DNA from: the human T2T-CHM13v2.0 reference genome, Homo sapiens
Reading direction: 5' to 3' (one strand)
Length of the DNA stretch: 64,000 nucleotides
Assembly (NCBI RefSeq): GCF_009914755.1
Contig: NC_060935.1
A model generated the notes under the pieces. The model made no database searches. It saw nothing but the letters and a program-made list of their open reading frames with translations, and was not told the origin of the DNA. A program made the translations under genes and the position numbers. Below, piece after piece: positions 1-14,128 of the stretch; positions within the stretch are counted from its first letter, which is position 1; every line of letters begins with the position of its first letter.

Positions 1-82
1 CCACGCCTGGCCTTTAAAAGTATTTTCTATTTCCACTGCCTTATGGCCAATAATGGAGCCTGATTTTTAGAATGTGTTGAGG

Positions 83-90
<8 letters not shown>

Positions 91-130
<40 letters not shown>
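91..130. repeat. (TG)20 microsatellite
   Basis: Directly visible. Confidence 0.97.
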
Positions 131-132
<2 letters not shown>

Positions 133-2329
133 GGGGAAGGCACTAGGTTGGAAACTGTCCTCTCATATTCAATGTCAAGTAAGTTTTCCAATAGAGAATC
201 TCTCATGTTAACTTTTAGGATTCCTGTCCTCAAAAGCCTTGCTTGACCTTTTGTCCATGCCACTGAAGACACAAAAATGTGTTCTTTCCCACGGCTAGTA
301 TGACGTTGTCCCTTTCTCCCTGTGCCTTAAACATCTTTAAAAACGACACAGATAAGATGCAAAGATTCTTATTTTGAAAGCTTCCAATGCTAAAGAAGAA
401 AGAAGGTCTACCCTTGTCTTCACCCCCAGGTATCACTATAAATCCTTGAAGATTTTTTTTTCTGTGCATTTACCTATCAATATATGTTTTTTACATAAAT
501 GAAAATATAGGGCCTGGTTGTCTCGTAAGCTTGCTTTCTCAAAAACAAACTATGTCTTCTTGAATTTAGCTTGTCCGACGCTTCTCCGTGCTGTGCTGCA
601 CACTGAGGTGGCAGGTCCCAGGGTTGGTGACATGAGCTCATCCGCGCTTTGAATGTTTTTGAGGTGGGTTTCATTATTTCTGCTTTATTTGGGCTCAGAG
701 AAGCTGAGACACTTGCTGGGCTACCTGGCTACCCTGGCCGAACAGGAACTCCCCCAACGTCCCACGGGGTGCAAAGCATCGCTTCTGTCCCCCACGCTCT
801 CCTGCCTTCACCCAGATTGCAAAAAACAGGCCTCTCACCTGTCTTGGATGCAGTGTGTGGTCCCTCGGTGAAGGTGGCTGGTGCCTGCCCACTCCAGTGC
901 TGGAGGCCTCAGCAGCCACCTAGGCCCAGGCCCCTGAGCCGCTCGCCCTGTTCTGGCTCTGGCCTGAGCTGCCTGCTTCTCTCCCGCTGGGCAGGGCTGC
1001 CCCCAGGCTCAGAGGAGCCTGTCCCCAGGATCCCCTGATGATCTTCGCTAGGTTCCCTCTGAGCAGTGGGAAGCCGGGCCTGAGGTATAAATGCAGGATG
1101 GGTGCCGGCCCCGCCTGCCAGGGCCTCTGCACGTGGGTACCGCGGTGCTGGCCCAGAAGAGCCAGCTCAAGTCTAATGGACCTGAGCATGAACCCCCGGC
1201 CCCCACAGGAGACAGCTTGGCGGCAGTGAAATGGAGGATGAGGCTGGGGCCTTCAAGGAAAGGTGATACCTCCCTTCCTGAATGCCACCAGGGATGGCCG
1301 AGGAGACCTCACAGCATTAGTGAGACCCACCGTGGGGGGTTCAGGTGAAGCCATGGAGGAAATGGGGGTTCTTGTGGGCTGGGAAAGGCTATTACAGCCA
1401 CCCCCAACTGCCTGCCTGGGGAGATGCTCTGGCTAATGGACTCACTAAGGATGCTGCCTACGGAGGGATGGGGAGGAAGAAGAGCTGGGCCCGGAGCCCA
1501 GGATCTTATTTCCAGTCTGAGTTCCACTGCTTGTGAGTTGGGGAACCACACCATTCAGGTGACGTCTCTGAGCCTCAAAGTCCTCACCAAAATGCCTGTA
1601 GTCCCTCAGGGCCTCCCTCAATTCCTAGAAAGAAGGGGAGCTCACACACATGCCACACAGGCAGATGGTAGAGCAGCCCTTTCCCCCACACCGGCCGAGG
1701 CCCCCTTCCTGCCTGGCGAGGGAAGAGTTCTGATGTGTCAGTCCCCTCAAGGGCAGGATGGAGGCCGGCATCTTATCCGTGTCACCTGCCCTGTGAGGGT
1801 GCTGGCCTGGAGCAGGTGCCGGGTGGGCCGTATGGGTGGTGCAGCGGATGGCTGAGTCTCTAGGACGGTCCCCGAGCTAGCATGGTGTTCATTCTCACTG
1901 TCCCGCCCTGCAGCGGAAGGAGGTATAGGCATGGGAGATGCTGGGCATCTGCTTTGAACAAATGTGCATGAGGAAAGAAAAAGCGGGGACCCCAGACGTT
2001 AAGGCTGATCACAGAAGTAACCCTAGGCAACTGACTTGGGGGACAGTCTTAGGGGTGTGGGCGGTGCTGACTCTGCAGTGACAGTGAGGACTTCCCTGGC
2101 CTCTTTATTCTGGGTTTGCTGTGCTGGACCTATGGTGCCTGTCTCTTCTCCAGGAGGGGAGATCCTGCCTGAGAATGGGCCAAGACCCAAGAGACAGAGA
2201 CAGGCTGCTCAGAAAGACATAAGCTTCCAGAAGGTGGCAGTTCTCACATTTTTTGTGCCTTCTGTGCCTAGAACATTGCCTGGCATGTAGAGATGCTCAC
2301 ATTTCTTGACTAATTGCTAGTTGATTGAC

Positions 2330-2413
2330 AGAGTCCCCAGATCCAGGCACCTGGATCCAGCTGTTCTTGAAGCCCATCTTTGCCTGGACTTTTTAGTAAT
2401 AGGAGCCAGTGCA

Positions 2414-2459
<46 letters not shown>

Positions 2460-2520
2460 ACACACACGCATGTGTGTTTCAATGGGGTTTTTGTCATTTG
2501 CAACAAAGATTCCTGACCAG
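2330..2520 (+). mobile_element. Old MLT1 (J/K-like) LTR 3' part hosting a TG/CG/CA microsatellite
   Basis: cctggatccagctgttcttgaagcc..cctggacttttt..tttgtcatttgcaac. A similar relic lies at about 4610-4786. Confidence 0.55.
2417..2477. repeat. (TG)16(CG)4(CA)5 compound microsatellite with a short alternating extension
   Basis: Directly visible alternating purine-pyrimidine tract. Confidence 0.95.
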
Positions 2521-2619
2521 TGGAGAAACTAATACCTGAAAGAGGCAAAGAGGCTTGTTGCAAATACCTGCCTTTACATATGCAATTGGCTGGGTCCTGG
2601 TGGGATGACACCGTGAGGT

Positions 2620-3103
2620 TGGTAAAGCCCCACTTTCTGTGTTGGGCCACACGTGTCAGGAGGCAGCTCAGCTCTGCTTCCCCAGGCCTTTAAAGAACAT
2701 GTGACATCAGGAGTGGTCCCTGCAGATGTCTTATCTGAAGCCTCCCTCCGGGAAGAATCTGCTTTCAAGTTCATGTGGTTGTTGACCGGGCTCGTTTCTT
2801 TGCCGGCTGCCAGGCTGGGAGCCTCTGTTTATTGCTGGCTGTTGGCCAAAAGCTGCCTTCAATGGCTTGCCACAGGGGCCTCTCTAATATGTCAGCTCAC
2901 AACACGGCAGCTGGCTTCATTGAAGCCAGCAAGGGAGAGAGTCTGCTAGCAAGATGCAAGTCACAGTGCTGTGCAGCCTAATCAGCTTTGCTGTGTTCCA
3001 TCGGTTAGAAGCAAGCCACTTGGTACAGCCCATGTGCACAGGGAGGGGATGACACGAGGGTGAGACGGCATTGCTGGGGGCTGTCTTGGATTCTGGCCGC
3101 CAC
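2620..3103 (-). mobile_element. MLT1F/G-like MaLR LTR
   Basis: gaagaatctgctttcaag..gcagctggcttcattgaagccagcaag..ggttagaagcaagccac, similar to the reverse-strand MLT1 consensus. Confidence 0.6.
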
Positions 3104-3309
3104 ATCGGTGGGCTGACCAAGACCCCCGTTGCGCTGCTGGTTTCCTGCCTAGCACAGAATATGCCACAGACCAACAACCACCACGTGTTTTTGTTCTTTC
3201 CTTTTCCTTTCCAAGTGGGAATTCTAAAAAAAAATTATTGTTATTTCCTTTTTCCTTTCCATTGCGTGTTGTGTGTCTGGAGAGTGACCATCATTTGGCC
3301 AAAGGGCAC

Positions 3310-3707
3310 TGTTGTGGCCTGAACGGGGTCTCCCCAAAATTTGTATGTTGAACCCTCAAACCCCCTGTACCTTAGAATGTAACCATATTTGGAGAAAGGG
3401 TCTTTAAAGGGTTAATGAAGTTAAGATGAGGTCACTAGGATGGTCCCTGAATCCAGTGTGATTGGAGTCCTGATAAGAGGAGGTGAGGACACAGACAGGC
3501 ACAGAGGGACCACCCTGTGAGGACACAGGGAGAAGGTGGCCGTCTGCAAGCCAAGGAGAGAGGCCTCAGGAGGAACCAGCCCTGCCACACCTTGATTTTG
3601 GATTTCTGGACTCTAGGACTGAGAGAAAGAAAATTTCTATTGTTTAAGTGCTCCCACCAGTCTGTGGTATTGGTGAATGGGTGATAGCATCCCCAGAAAG
3701 TACTACA
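3310..3707 (+). mobile_element. MLT1A-like MaLR LTR
   Basis: tgttgtggcctgaa..ccccaaaatttgtatgttgaa..gtctgcaagccaaggagagaggcctcagga..gtttaag; TG...CA ends. Confidence 0.8.
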
Positions 3708-3892
3708 AGTACCTTTCAAAGAGGAGGTGTTTGTGGCTCTGACGGAGGGTGGCGTGAGTAACACCCAGGGTGTGGGCTCGGAGCTGGGGAGGCAGGCCCT
3801 GCGGTTGACTTTGGTCATCTCTCTTCTGTGGGGAAGGCAGGCATTTTATGTTGTAAATTATACAGCTACAGATTTTGGCTGGGAGCATTTAA

Positions 3893-4342
<450 letters not shown>

Positions 4343-7300
4343 TAAGGTGGGGTGACTGTCACCCCCTGTCCCCCATCCCTGCCTCCAGCTCCTGGGAGGG
4401 TGCGTGCCCCTGGCCTGGCCAGTGCACTTGATATCAGGACTTAAGCTAGAATCTCCAGGAAGGGCGTGCTCTTTCTGCTGGGATTGCAGAATTTGTAGAA
4501 GATAAACCGAGAACTGCCGCTTACCTGCCATTTAGTTTTTCCATTGAGAATAAATGGAACACAGACCAAAACAGGGATGAAAACAGGGAAAAGAGAAGTG
4601 GCCTAGCGAACATCATCTGCGGCCCTGGATCCAGCTGTGTCTGAAGCCAGAATCACTTCTGGAACTTTCTGGGTATGTGAGTTAGTAAACTCCCTTAAAT
4701 ACACACATACCTCCCATGTACCCCACATGCCAAAGCTAGATTAACCCGGGGTTTCTGTTACTTGCCACCAAGCACCCTGTCTGATATGGTGTAAAAGTCT
4801 GCCTGGGACACTAATCTACAGTGGCATAAAAGCAGAGATGGATGGTCCACCCAGGTCGGGGCAGGGCTGTGCCCAAGGCTGGACCTACTGCCCAGTGGTG
4901 CCAGGGAACTTTGGGGGGATGATGGAAGCGATTCTTCCGCAGGGATAGAAACATTCTGATGACATGGGCACATAAACATTTGTCCAAGATAATTAAACTG
5001 GATATTAAATGGGTCAGTTTTATTTTATGTAAATTAGGTCTCAATTCAATTTATTAAAAAGATGTTTAAAAAAATCTGCCTGAGCGGGGGAGCCTCCTCT
5101 TGCATGCCAGGAAACTTGGCGCTGGCACTCTGACTCACCCGCGCAGAGTTTTCCATGAGTTTTGATTTTGTGAACTGTGCCCTGTTGTTTTCAAGTTCTC
5201 CAGCTGTCAAGCCCCTACTGGCTTAAAAGGGAATGTTTTGCACTTGTACTCTCAGTGGTTTTAGTTTGGGAGGATCTCTGCAATGTGTTTGCCCAGCTTT
5301 TTGGCCTTGTCACCAGCCCGTCGAAGGGCACATTTCCCAGGCCTGGTCATCTCCCTGTATGCCGAGGGGCCGGACCACATGTGGACCCTCATTTCCCTGC
5401 CCTACCTTCTAGATGAGGCCCTGGTTCTTGGGGAGGAAGGATGGTCCTAGCTGAGGATTCCAAGCCAAGCTGTGCAGATGTGAAAAGATCCTGGGGGCTT
5501 AAAAATCCTGGCATAAAATATAAAATTCAAGTTATCTGAAAATGACAACTGGCAGGGGATCCGGGAAAGCTGGGTGGATGCCAGAAAGGCATTCCGTTTT
5601 CCTTTTGTGAAGACAGGAGACAGAGACGGGAGAGGCGTCGGCGTTCAGGCCGTTTGCTGAGTGTCCGCTGAGCACCTTGTTCCCAGTCCCCGCTTTGATT
5701 CAGACGCCCACAGCCTGAAACTGAGCTGTTTCCTCCATTGGTCTCCACAGAGTGTGGATAGGTCTCGATGGCCCGTCTGGGTTATCCTAGGGCTGTGATG
5801 GGCATGTCCAGGCCACTCCGTGCATCTGCCCGGAACCCCAGCGTCCAGTGCTTTGCAGATGGGAGATGGAAGGTCAGAGACCTGAGCCTCCAGGGCAACA
5901 GGAGGGCCACTGTGGGGAGTCCCTGGATGGTGATGTAGGCCTCCAGCCAGGGCCGTCCACCAGCGCGACTGACCTTGGATGAGAAACTCCATTCATGAGC
6001 CCCCACTTCCACAGCTGGGGCTGACAGTATGGGCCATGTAGCCCTGCATGGACAGTCAACAGAAAACCTACGTGCAGCTCTTGGCCAGCACCCACTGCCC
6101 ATAGTATGTCCGCAAACAGCAGATTGGTGCTGGGGACAAACCACTCACAGGCACATCCCTTCTGCAGTGGCCATTCTGCTCCCTGCCCTGAACGCCCGAC
6201 CAGGGCAATCAGGCACACCGGCTGCCACCCCAGGCCACTGCACCAACTCCTGGAGGTCGGTGCTGTAGCTGACTTATCCAAGGAAAGTGAGGCACAGCAA
6301 GACTGAGGTCCCATGGCTTATAGGTGGCAGCCCTCTGCCTCCCTGAGGCTTGCTCTTGACTTTCCAAATTTGGCCTTGCTTATCCCTTGCATAATCTAAA
6401 AGAGCAGCTTATTTTTATAGAAATAGTGGGTGGCAGACAGCACGGAAAAGTGGAGAGTTCTGCCCTGCCTGATGCCCCACCCCTGCCCCTTCACCCCACC
6501 CTTCCCACATACCACATGGTTGTTACTAAGTCGGCTTTGTAACAACCAGGGCAGCCCAGATGCTCTGGTCCCATGCCCCACTCTCCATTCTGTGACCTGC
6601 TGTGGATCCTTTTCCCAGAGCTGTGGGATGGAAATCTCCCCCGCAGCCCTCAGCTCCTCCCAAGCCCACTTTAATAATTAAATACCAAAGGAAGGAGGAG
6701 GAAAGTGGAGGAGAGCGGGCAGTTCCCGCTCATCTCATCATCTGTGCAGTCTCCCTCCATTAGCACAGAGAGCGAGGTGGTCCAGGGAGGTGTGGGAATC
6801 CTGGGGCTTTGCGGGGGGATGGAGGGGAAGAAAGCTTGTTCCCTAGCAAGACTGCAAACACCTGCACCTGAGAAGGGCCACGGGTTGGGGGAGGCCTAGT
6901 TCCTGGGGTTCACCTCTGCCCCTCCCGCCTTAGGATCCATCAGGGCAGATGCCTCCTCCTAGAGTCGGACCCAGCCTATTCCTGACCTCCAGGCCCTGCT
7001 ACTGCGTGAGGCTGTCCACCCCCTCACCGGCCCTGGCTCTGAGCTGTTGCAGCAGCATCCAGGCAGGGAGGCCCCTTCCTTCTAGGTCAGCAGCTCCCCA
7101 CGAGGACTCAGGGCTGGAGTCCTGGGGTGGGGACTCCTAAGGAAGAGATGAATTCCCAGGAACTGGGATGCTCTGGGCCCTGAGGAGGAGCCAGGACCCC
7201 AGATGGACCCCCCACCCAGCTGCCTTCAGGAGAGGGACGTGCTTCTGCCCACTTGTGTAGCTAGGATGCCCGTGCTGGTGGGAGCTTTCGCCACTGGACG

Positions 7301-8641
7301 AGGTCCTAGCCCTGCCTCCTGGTGTGTCTGCTCAAGGCCCCACCTGGCTTCTCTGAGTCGCTGGAAATGACCTGTTGGACATGGTGGTCTCCAGCTCTGC
7401 TCTTCTGGGATCCTCTGACCAGCGCTGGGGAGGGTGGGACTTGGAGGATGGCAGAGCTCGTTCTGGGCACTGGGAGGGAGCGGGTGGGGACATGCAACCT
7501 TCATCACCTAGAGGTCCTGGAACTACGACATCTGGGCCACATGAGATCCCCTCTTTTCCTAGAGCGGTGGTCTTGCTGAGAGGACCCGACCAGGATTGTT
7601 AGAAAGGGGAGCATGGAGGAGCAGTGGGCTGAGGAGCAGGGGCAGGAGGGCAGTGGAGGTCAGGTTGGCCGGGCAGTGGATCATCAGGGACACAGAACTG
7701 GGGGGTCAGCCCACTGAGGGCTGGACCACTTCACCAGGGGCAGGCTGAGCAGGCTCCAGGGCCTGCAGTTAGAAGGCCACGTTCCAGGTGGCTGGGTGCG
7801 TGAACCTGGTGGTACTGCCCACGCCTCTACTCATTCCCACCTGGAGCTCGGAGTGCTGCCCGCCTGCCTGCTCCTGGCTCTGCTCTGCAGACGAGGGGCC
7901 CAACTCTGTCAGCCACGTTTCCTGACTGGGGGCACCAACACCTCTGCCATGATCTCTCTCCATGGGACCATGGGGTGAGCAGGCTTGCCTTAAGGCTTGT
8001 CTCAAAGGAGCCAGGGTCCTAGGTTGCACACCAGGAACCCAGGATGGGGCCCTTCTGGGGGCTGACCAGAGGCAAAAGGGCCAGGCAGGAACCCTTCTAG
8101 CGTGGCGCTGGCTGGGCTGTCATCTTGGGAGGGCTCCCAGCCTATCGCTGGGTTGTAGAGAGATGTCTGGGCACTGGGAGGCTGGCTCAGGGATCTCAAG
8201 ACAGAGAGGGGCATCCTGAACGGGGGCAACAGGAGGAGAGGCAGCAATCCACTCCACGGAGCCTCCGGTGGACACAGGCAGGACCATGGTGGCCGGCCCA
8301 GAGCCTGGCATGGAGGAGGTGAGAGCTGTGGCTCCCAGAGGCCGTGGGGGCCTCCGAGCTGAGAAGGGGCACTGGGATACGCCGGCACAGGACAGCCTGG
8401 CTGACCACGGCTCCCTCTGGCAGGGAGTGGACAAGCCACAGGAGCGGGAACACGGGTGTGTGCAGACCCAGCCCCAGGAGGAGGCCTGAGAGCAGAGGCA
8501 AAGAGCAAAGTGTGCGGGAGAGCTGGCGGGGGGTGCCACCCGTCCCGGGACTCTGTGCCCTTGGGCGTCCTCACTGTCGGAAACAGAGACCCAGGGTAGG
8601 ACTGTGGGCATGAAGCCTTCCTGGCTGCAAGTTATAAAATG

Positions 8642-8647
8642 TTTATT
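8642..8647 (-). terminator. MRGPRF: MRGPRF polyadenylation signal (3' UTR about 8620-9505)
   Basis: AATAAA on the minus strand (tttatt on plus), immediately preceded by TGTA (CFIm element), in the only AT-rich patch about 860 nt past the stop codon. Confidence 0.8.
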
Positions 8648-9505
8648 GATATACATTTTGTCTTTTATAAAACTTCCGTTGGCCACATTGGGCCACTGTG
8701 CACCACAGTGCCAGTCCCCAGGTGGCCAGGGCGGAGCCAGTGTCCACTTTCGGGTGGGGGCTGGAGCCAAGAGGCTGTCCAGGAGCTGCCCAGTGGGTCC
8801 TCATGGCCTGCGGGATACCTCAAGTGCTCCCGGAGGCAGCCTAGGACTGGCTCGTCCCGGAGTCAGAAAAGGCAGGTCAACTACCCAAGGCGGCCAAAGG
8901 CCCTTCCTGTCTCCAGAGCCTTGACATAACCAGAAATCCCCCCATCAAAGTCACCAAATGACTCGACGGGGGGAAGGGAGGTTGTTTGCAGAAAGACTTA
9001 GCTACAAGGCATGTGAACCAGAACTTTCTTCCAGACACCATTTCCTTCACATTTGCTCACTGATAATGCCTTAAGAGGATCGAATCTCTGGAACAGCCCT
9101 GAATGGCAGGGATGAGGCTGCTGGCCTGGTGCTGGCTGGGACACAGTCAAGGAGGGCTGACCCAAGAGGCAGAGGTGGCTAGGCTGGGTGTTGACCTCCT
9201 CTCTTTTACCAACCAGCCTAGGGCAAGGAGGGGCCCCACCACCTGGGGGCAACTTCTGTACAAGAGGTCTCTAGGGGAGCAGAATGGGTGGGGGAGCCGG
9301 GCAGGGGCCACAGGGTCTGTTTGCTGGTGGCTGCCCAGTCTCCCAGCCACCCCTGGAGTCCCCAGCCCAGGGAGAAGGAGGCCCGAGGAGAGGAAACAGA
9401 TCTTTCTTCTCCTGTATGGACTCAGAAGCAGGTGCCCATTCCTGTCCCAAGGCGAAGGGTCTTGGAGGCCGCTTCCTGCCCCTGCCTCCTCCAGGCGCTG
9501 GAGTC

Positions 9506-10489
9506 TCAGGAGGCGTTCCCCGGGGGACACTGCATCTCCATGGTGACTGTGTTGGGCGTGCTGCCCCCGGCCTCCCCCAGCTCAGCGCCGTCCCGCAGGG
9601 CCCGCTGGAAGACCACCCTGAGCGGCTCCCACAGCCGCTGCGACTTGTCCCTCCCGGCCAGGAAGTAGACGATGGGCTTGGCGCTGCTGTTGATGCAGAT
9701 GCACAGGTCAGTGACGTACTCGGGGAAGGGGGCCGGGATCTGGAAGACCCAGAAGAGGAACCAGTCGATCCCTAAGTAGATGGAGGACACCAGGAAGACG
9801 GAGACCATGGCCAGGATGACGTGGTTGAGCTTGGCAGAGCGCTGGCGCCGTCGGGCCCGGCACTCCACGTGCAGGATGAGGGCCAGGCAGGGCAGCACCA
9901 TGAGCGGGCAGCAGAGCAGGAACAGGAGGATGCCCAGGAAGATGTCCATGTGCCTGCAGGCCGCGCCGGGGGCCCCGCGGCCCAGGAACACGCAGAAGTA
10001 GTTGTGCAGGCAGGTGACCAGGAGGGACAGGACCCACAGCAGGGCGCACACCACGGCCGACAGGCGCTTGGGCCGCCGGCGCCAGTACCAGGCGGGGAAG
10101 ATGACCGAGGCGCAGCGCTCGGCGCTGACGGCCGGCAGGAGGCTCACGCCGGTAAGGAACATGCAGAGCCCCAGGACCCGGCACACGCTGCGGATGTAGT
10201 CGGCAAACGTGCCCAGGAAGCCCCCCGTGTTCAGGATGGAGAACACCGCCTTGCTGAAGAGGTAGCCCACATCGGCGCTGGCCAGGTGCAGGAAGTAGAT
10301 GGAGAAGGGGTTCCTCTTGATGGAGAAGCCGAAAAACCAGAGGACCAGCCCGTTGCCCACCAGGCCACACAGGCAGAGGAGCAGGAAGATGTAGTTCATG
10401 ACGGCCGGAGGCGGCAGCATCGCGATCTGCTCGATGGTCAGGAAGCCCCGGCTGTAGAGTTCCGGGGCCTCGCTCAGGCCAGGGCACAT
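9506..10489 (-). CDS. MRGPRF: MAS-related GPCR member F, main coding exon (exon 3; codons 17-343 plus stop)
   Basis: 7-TM ORF with Mas/MRGPR motifs: GLVGNGLVLW, YFLHLASAD, SAERC, NSSAKPIVYFLAG. Acceptor cgcag|ATG at 10491-10490/10489. 984 nt plus the 48-nt upstream coding segment gives 343 aa + stop. Confidence 0.97.
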   Translation of the reverse strand: MCPGLSEAPELYSRGFLTIEQIAMLPPPAVMNYIFLLLCLCGLVGNGLVLWFFGFSIKRNPFSIYFLHLASADVGYLFSKAVFSILNTGGFLGTFADYIRSVCRVLGLCMFLTGVSLLPAVSAERCASVIFPAWYWRRRPKRLSAVVCALLWVLSLLVTCLHNYFCVFLGRGAPGAACRHMDIFLGILLFLLCCPLMVLPCLALILHVECRARRRQRSAKLNHVILAMVSVFLVSSIYLGIDWFLFWVFQIPAPFPEYVTDLCICINSSAKPIVYFLAGRDKSQRLWEPLRVVFQRALRDGAELGEAGGSTPNTVTMEMQCPPGNAS

Positions 10490-10845
10490 CTGCGCAGGTG
10501 CAGAGAGGGACACCTGTGATGCCGGCTGGCCCCCACCCACAGACCTGCATCTGGGGCCCAGCGTGGGGGAGGGGGGGGTCCCAATTAGGGACTTGGGGCA
10601 GGGAGGGGGTCTGTAAGGCAGTGGCTGTGGAGCAGCTAACTGGCTGCAACTCTATCCTCAAACGCCCCTGACCTCACCTGATGTTAACTCTCCGTCCCAG
10701 CGTCTAGAGCTAGCAGCACACAATGGTGCCTATAGGAGTAGAGGTAGCACCAGACAGTGCCCAGGAAGGGTGCCAGGCTGCCCACCGGTCAGAGTAGACT
10801 GTCCAAAAAACGTCCAAGTCGCACAAAAAACTGCAGAGCCTTTCC

Positions 10846-11143
<298 letters not shown>

Positions 11144-11159
11144 TGAGCCTTTCCATTTT

Positions 11160-11930
<771 letters not shown>

Positions 11931-14080
11931 ATTTAAAAAAAAACAACGAGTGGATCTCGGCCTTCCCCGGAGCTGGACCCTGTCCTCTAGTGGGATGGGA
12001 GGTGGCTTCCTGATGAGCCAGGGTTGCCCCTGGGGTTTCCAGATTGTGGGAAAGTCCAGGGGGTCCCTGGGGTGGAGGAGAGGCAGCAGCTATTTATCAA
12101 GCTGCAGGGAAGCATTTCAATACTTTAACTGTTGGTGTGGCTGTAAGAGTGCATCCCAGCTGAGTATCGGTCCTGCCCTCAGGGTCTAGGCTTGTGTATA
12201 AATGCATGCAGGTGGGCCAGGTGCAAGGAACAGGTGAGAGGGAGCACAGTGGCAAATCTGAGAGCCCCTCTCTTGAGCGAAGCGGGCAGCCTGCTGTGCT
12301 CCAGCTGGTGGGGGCCAGGGATTGGGTGCACTGGAGTGGCTGATCGTCCTCCCCCGCTCCCTGGAGAAGCCTGAACTCTAGACTGGAATGTGGAACACCC
12401 GATCTTTAAATGTTAACATTTAAACATGCTGTGCAGGCCAAACAACCCATCTATCTACAGGCTGGCTCAGCTCTCCGGCAGTCCTCTCCGACCTTTCCCC
12501 CCAGAGGCAAAGGCTGCCTGCCCGGAGAACAGTCACTCCTCTTCCCACATCCAGCATCTCCCCTCAAAGGCTGGTTTCTGTTCCCACTGCTCAGGGCTCC
12601 CTAACAAAACCAAAGGCAAGGTTATGAAGGCAGGATCCATTCTGCCACCTTCAGATGACTCCCAGCTCTGGCAGAAAGCTGGGTCCTGAGAGACTGTTCT
12701 CTGGGTTGGACACCCCGTTGCAAAGGGAGGGACCTCCTAGCCTGCTCAGGTCAAGGGGAATCTGAAAACAGGACTGAAGGTGTTGGCAAAACTCTGGGGA
12801 GACTCTGTGAGGTCAGGGCAAGCACTGTAAGGGGGCCCTGCTCCCTCCCTGCCATTCTCTAAATACATTTATAGGCTCAACCCCTGTCGGCTGGTCTGTT
12901 CGCCCCAAATCCCGCTCCTTAGCTTCTCTTTCCTGTGGGTGACCTGGACACTCTTCTGGGCTGGGGAACTAGACCGTAGGATCTGGTGCCCAAACAGGCC
13001 CAAGAGGACCAGCTCAGGTGCTGGGAAAGAGCTGGGCTTCAAGGGGCTGGATGGAGGCGGTCAGCTTACTCAGTGCCTCTTGTATGCATGCACGCTGGAA
13101 AAAGTCTGCAATCCCCTCCTTGGAGTCAGAGGGGGAGGCCGGGTGAGTCACTGGGCGTGTAGCTGCCGTGACCAGCCGCATACTGCCTTGTAGAATGCCT
13201 GCTCTGGAGCCCGGCCCCACCCTGGGCTCTGCCTTTGCGCTGGGAGTTTCTGCAGACTGCCTCACCCCACCTACCAGTCCAACCTCTGCCTCCTGCGGCC
13301 GCCACTCCACAGCGGTCACTACGGGGAAGAGGGAGAGGGCCCAAGGCCCAAGGGCGTGGGGGTGAGATCCCCAGGGCTGGGCTGGAGTTGCCACTCTGCT
13401 CCTGACCCAGGGGCTGATCCCAGTCAAGTTACTACCTGGGTGTAAGCCTCAGTTTCCTCAAATGCAGAAGAGGATGGATAGGAATTCAAGAGATCCTTCG
13501 AAGTTGAGAGCGAAGGAAATCCCAGAATTTTCAAGGGATTCAGAGAAGTAGGGGACTAGGTTGGCTGAGGGCAGGAGGAGGGTCAGCCTGGAGGGGTTGT
13601 CAGAGTCTCAGGGTGGGTGACTCATGACTAATGGACCCTGGCCTGGGGCAACACTCTCGGGGTGGCCCAGGACCCCCTAGGCTCCATGGAGCACATGACA
13701 TCAGGGCCACCTTGGAGTCAGCGTCCCAGGGCTTCCTGGCCCGCCTGGCTGTAGTAAGTAGCTGACTGCCCCACCTCTGCAGGGAAGAGATGAAACAAGA
13801 CCTTGCAAGGATGCTACAAGGCGACCACAGTGTCAGCACAGCGAGGGACCTTGAGGTCCAGTCCTGGTGCTTGCCTCACTGATGAGGACAGGAGGGTAGG
13901 AGGGTCCAGGGAACTTGTGCCCGGCCACATAGCCCAGAGGAGCCCACTGCCCACGGTGGGTCCAGAGCTGGAAAGTGGGGCCAGGAAGGGGGGGATGGGG
14001 GAGGAGATGCTGGGCTGGGTCTGCCCCTCCCACCCACACCCGTCTGGGCAAGACCAGGGCCCTCCGCCTGTGGCACTTAC

Positions 14081-14128
14081 CTTGTTCCTGTTGCCGGGAT
14101 GGGCCTCCCAGGAGCAGTTTCCAGCCAT
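14081..14128 (-). CDS. MRGPRF: MRGPRF first coding segment (MAGNCSWEAHPGNRNK) in exon 2
   Basis: ATG at 14128 in strong Kozak context (gagATGg). Donor AAG|gtaagt at 14081/14080. Phase-0 join to exon 3 gives the recognised N-terminus. Exon 2 acceptor candidates at 14184 (ctgccag|) and 14172 (gtgcag|). Confidence 0.93.

Noticed and set aside
9821-10519. 232-aa plus-strand ORF antisense to MRGPRF exon 3
   Set aside because: A codon-registered antisense shadow, expected in a GC3-rich CDS; there is no independent gene evidence.
10490-10540. Track N-terminus MGGGQPASQVSLSAPAQ for the 344-aa GPCR ORF
   Set aside because: Intronic read-through from a GTG. The real N-terminus comes from exon 2 via the acceptor at 10489.
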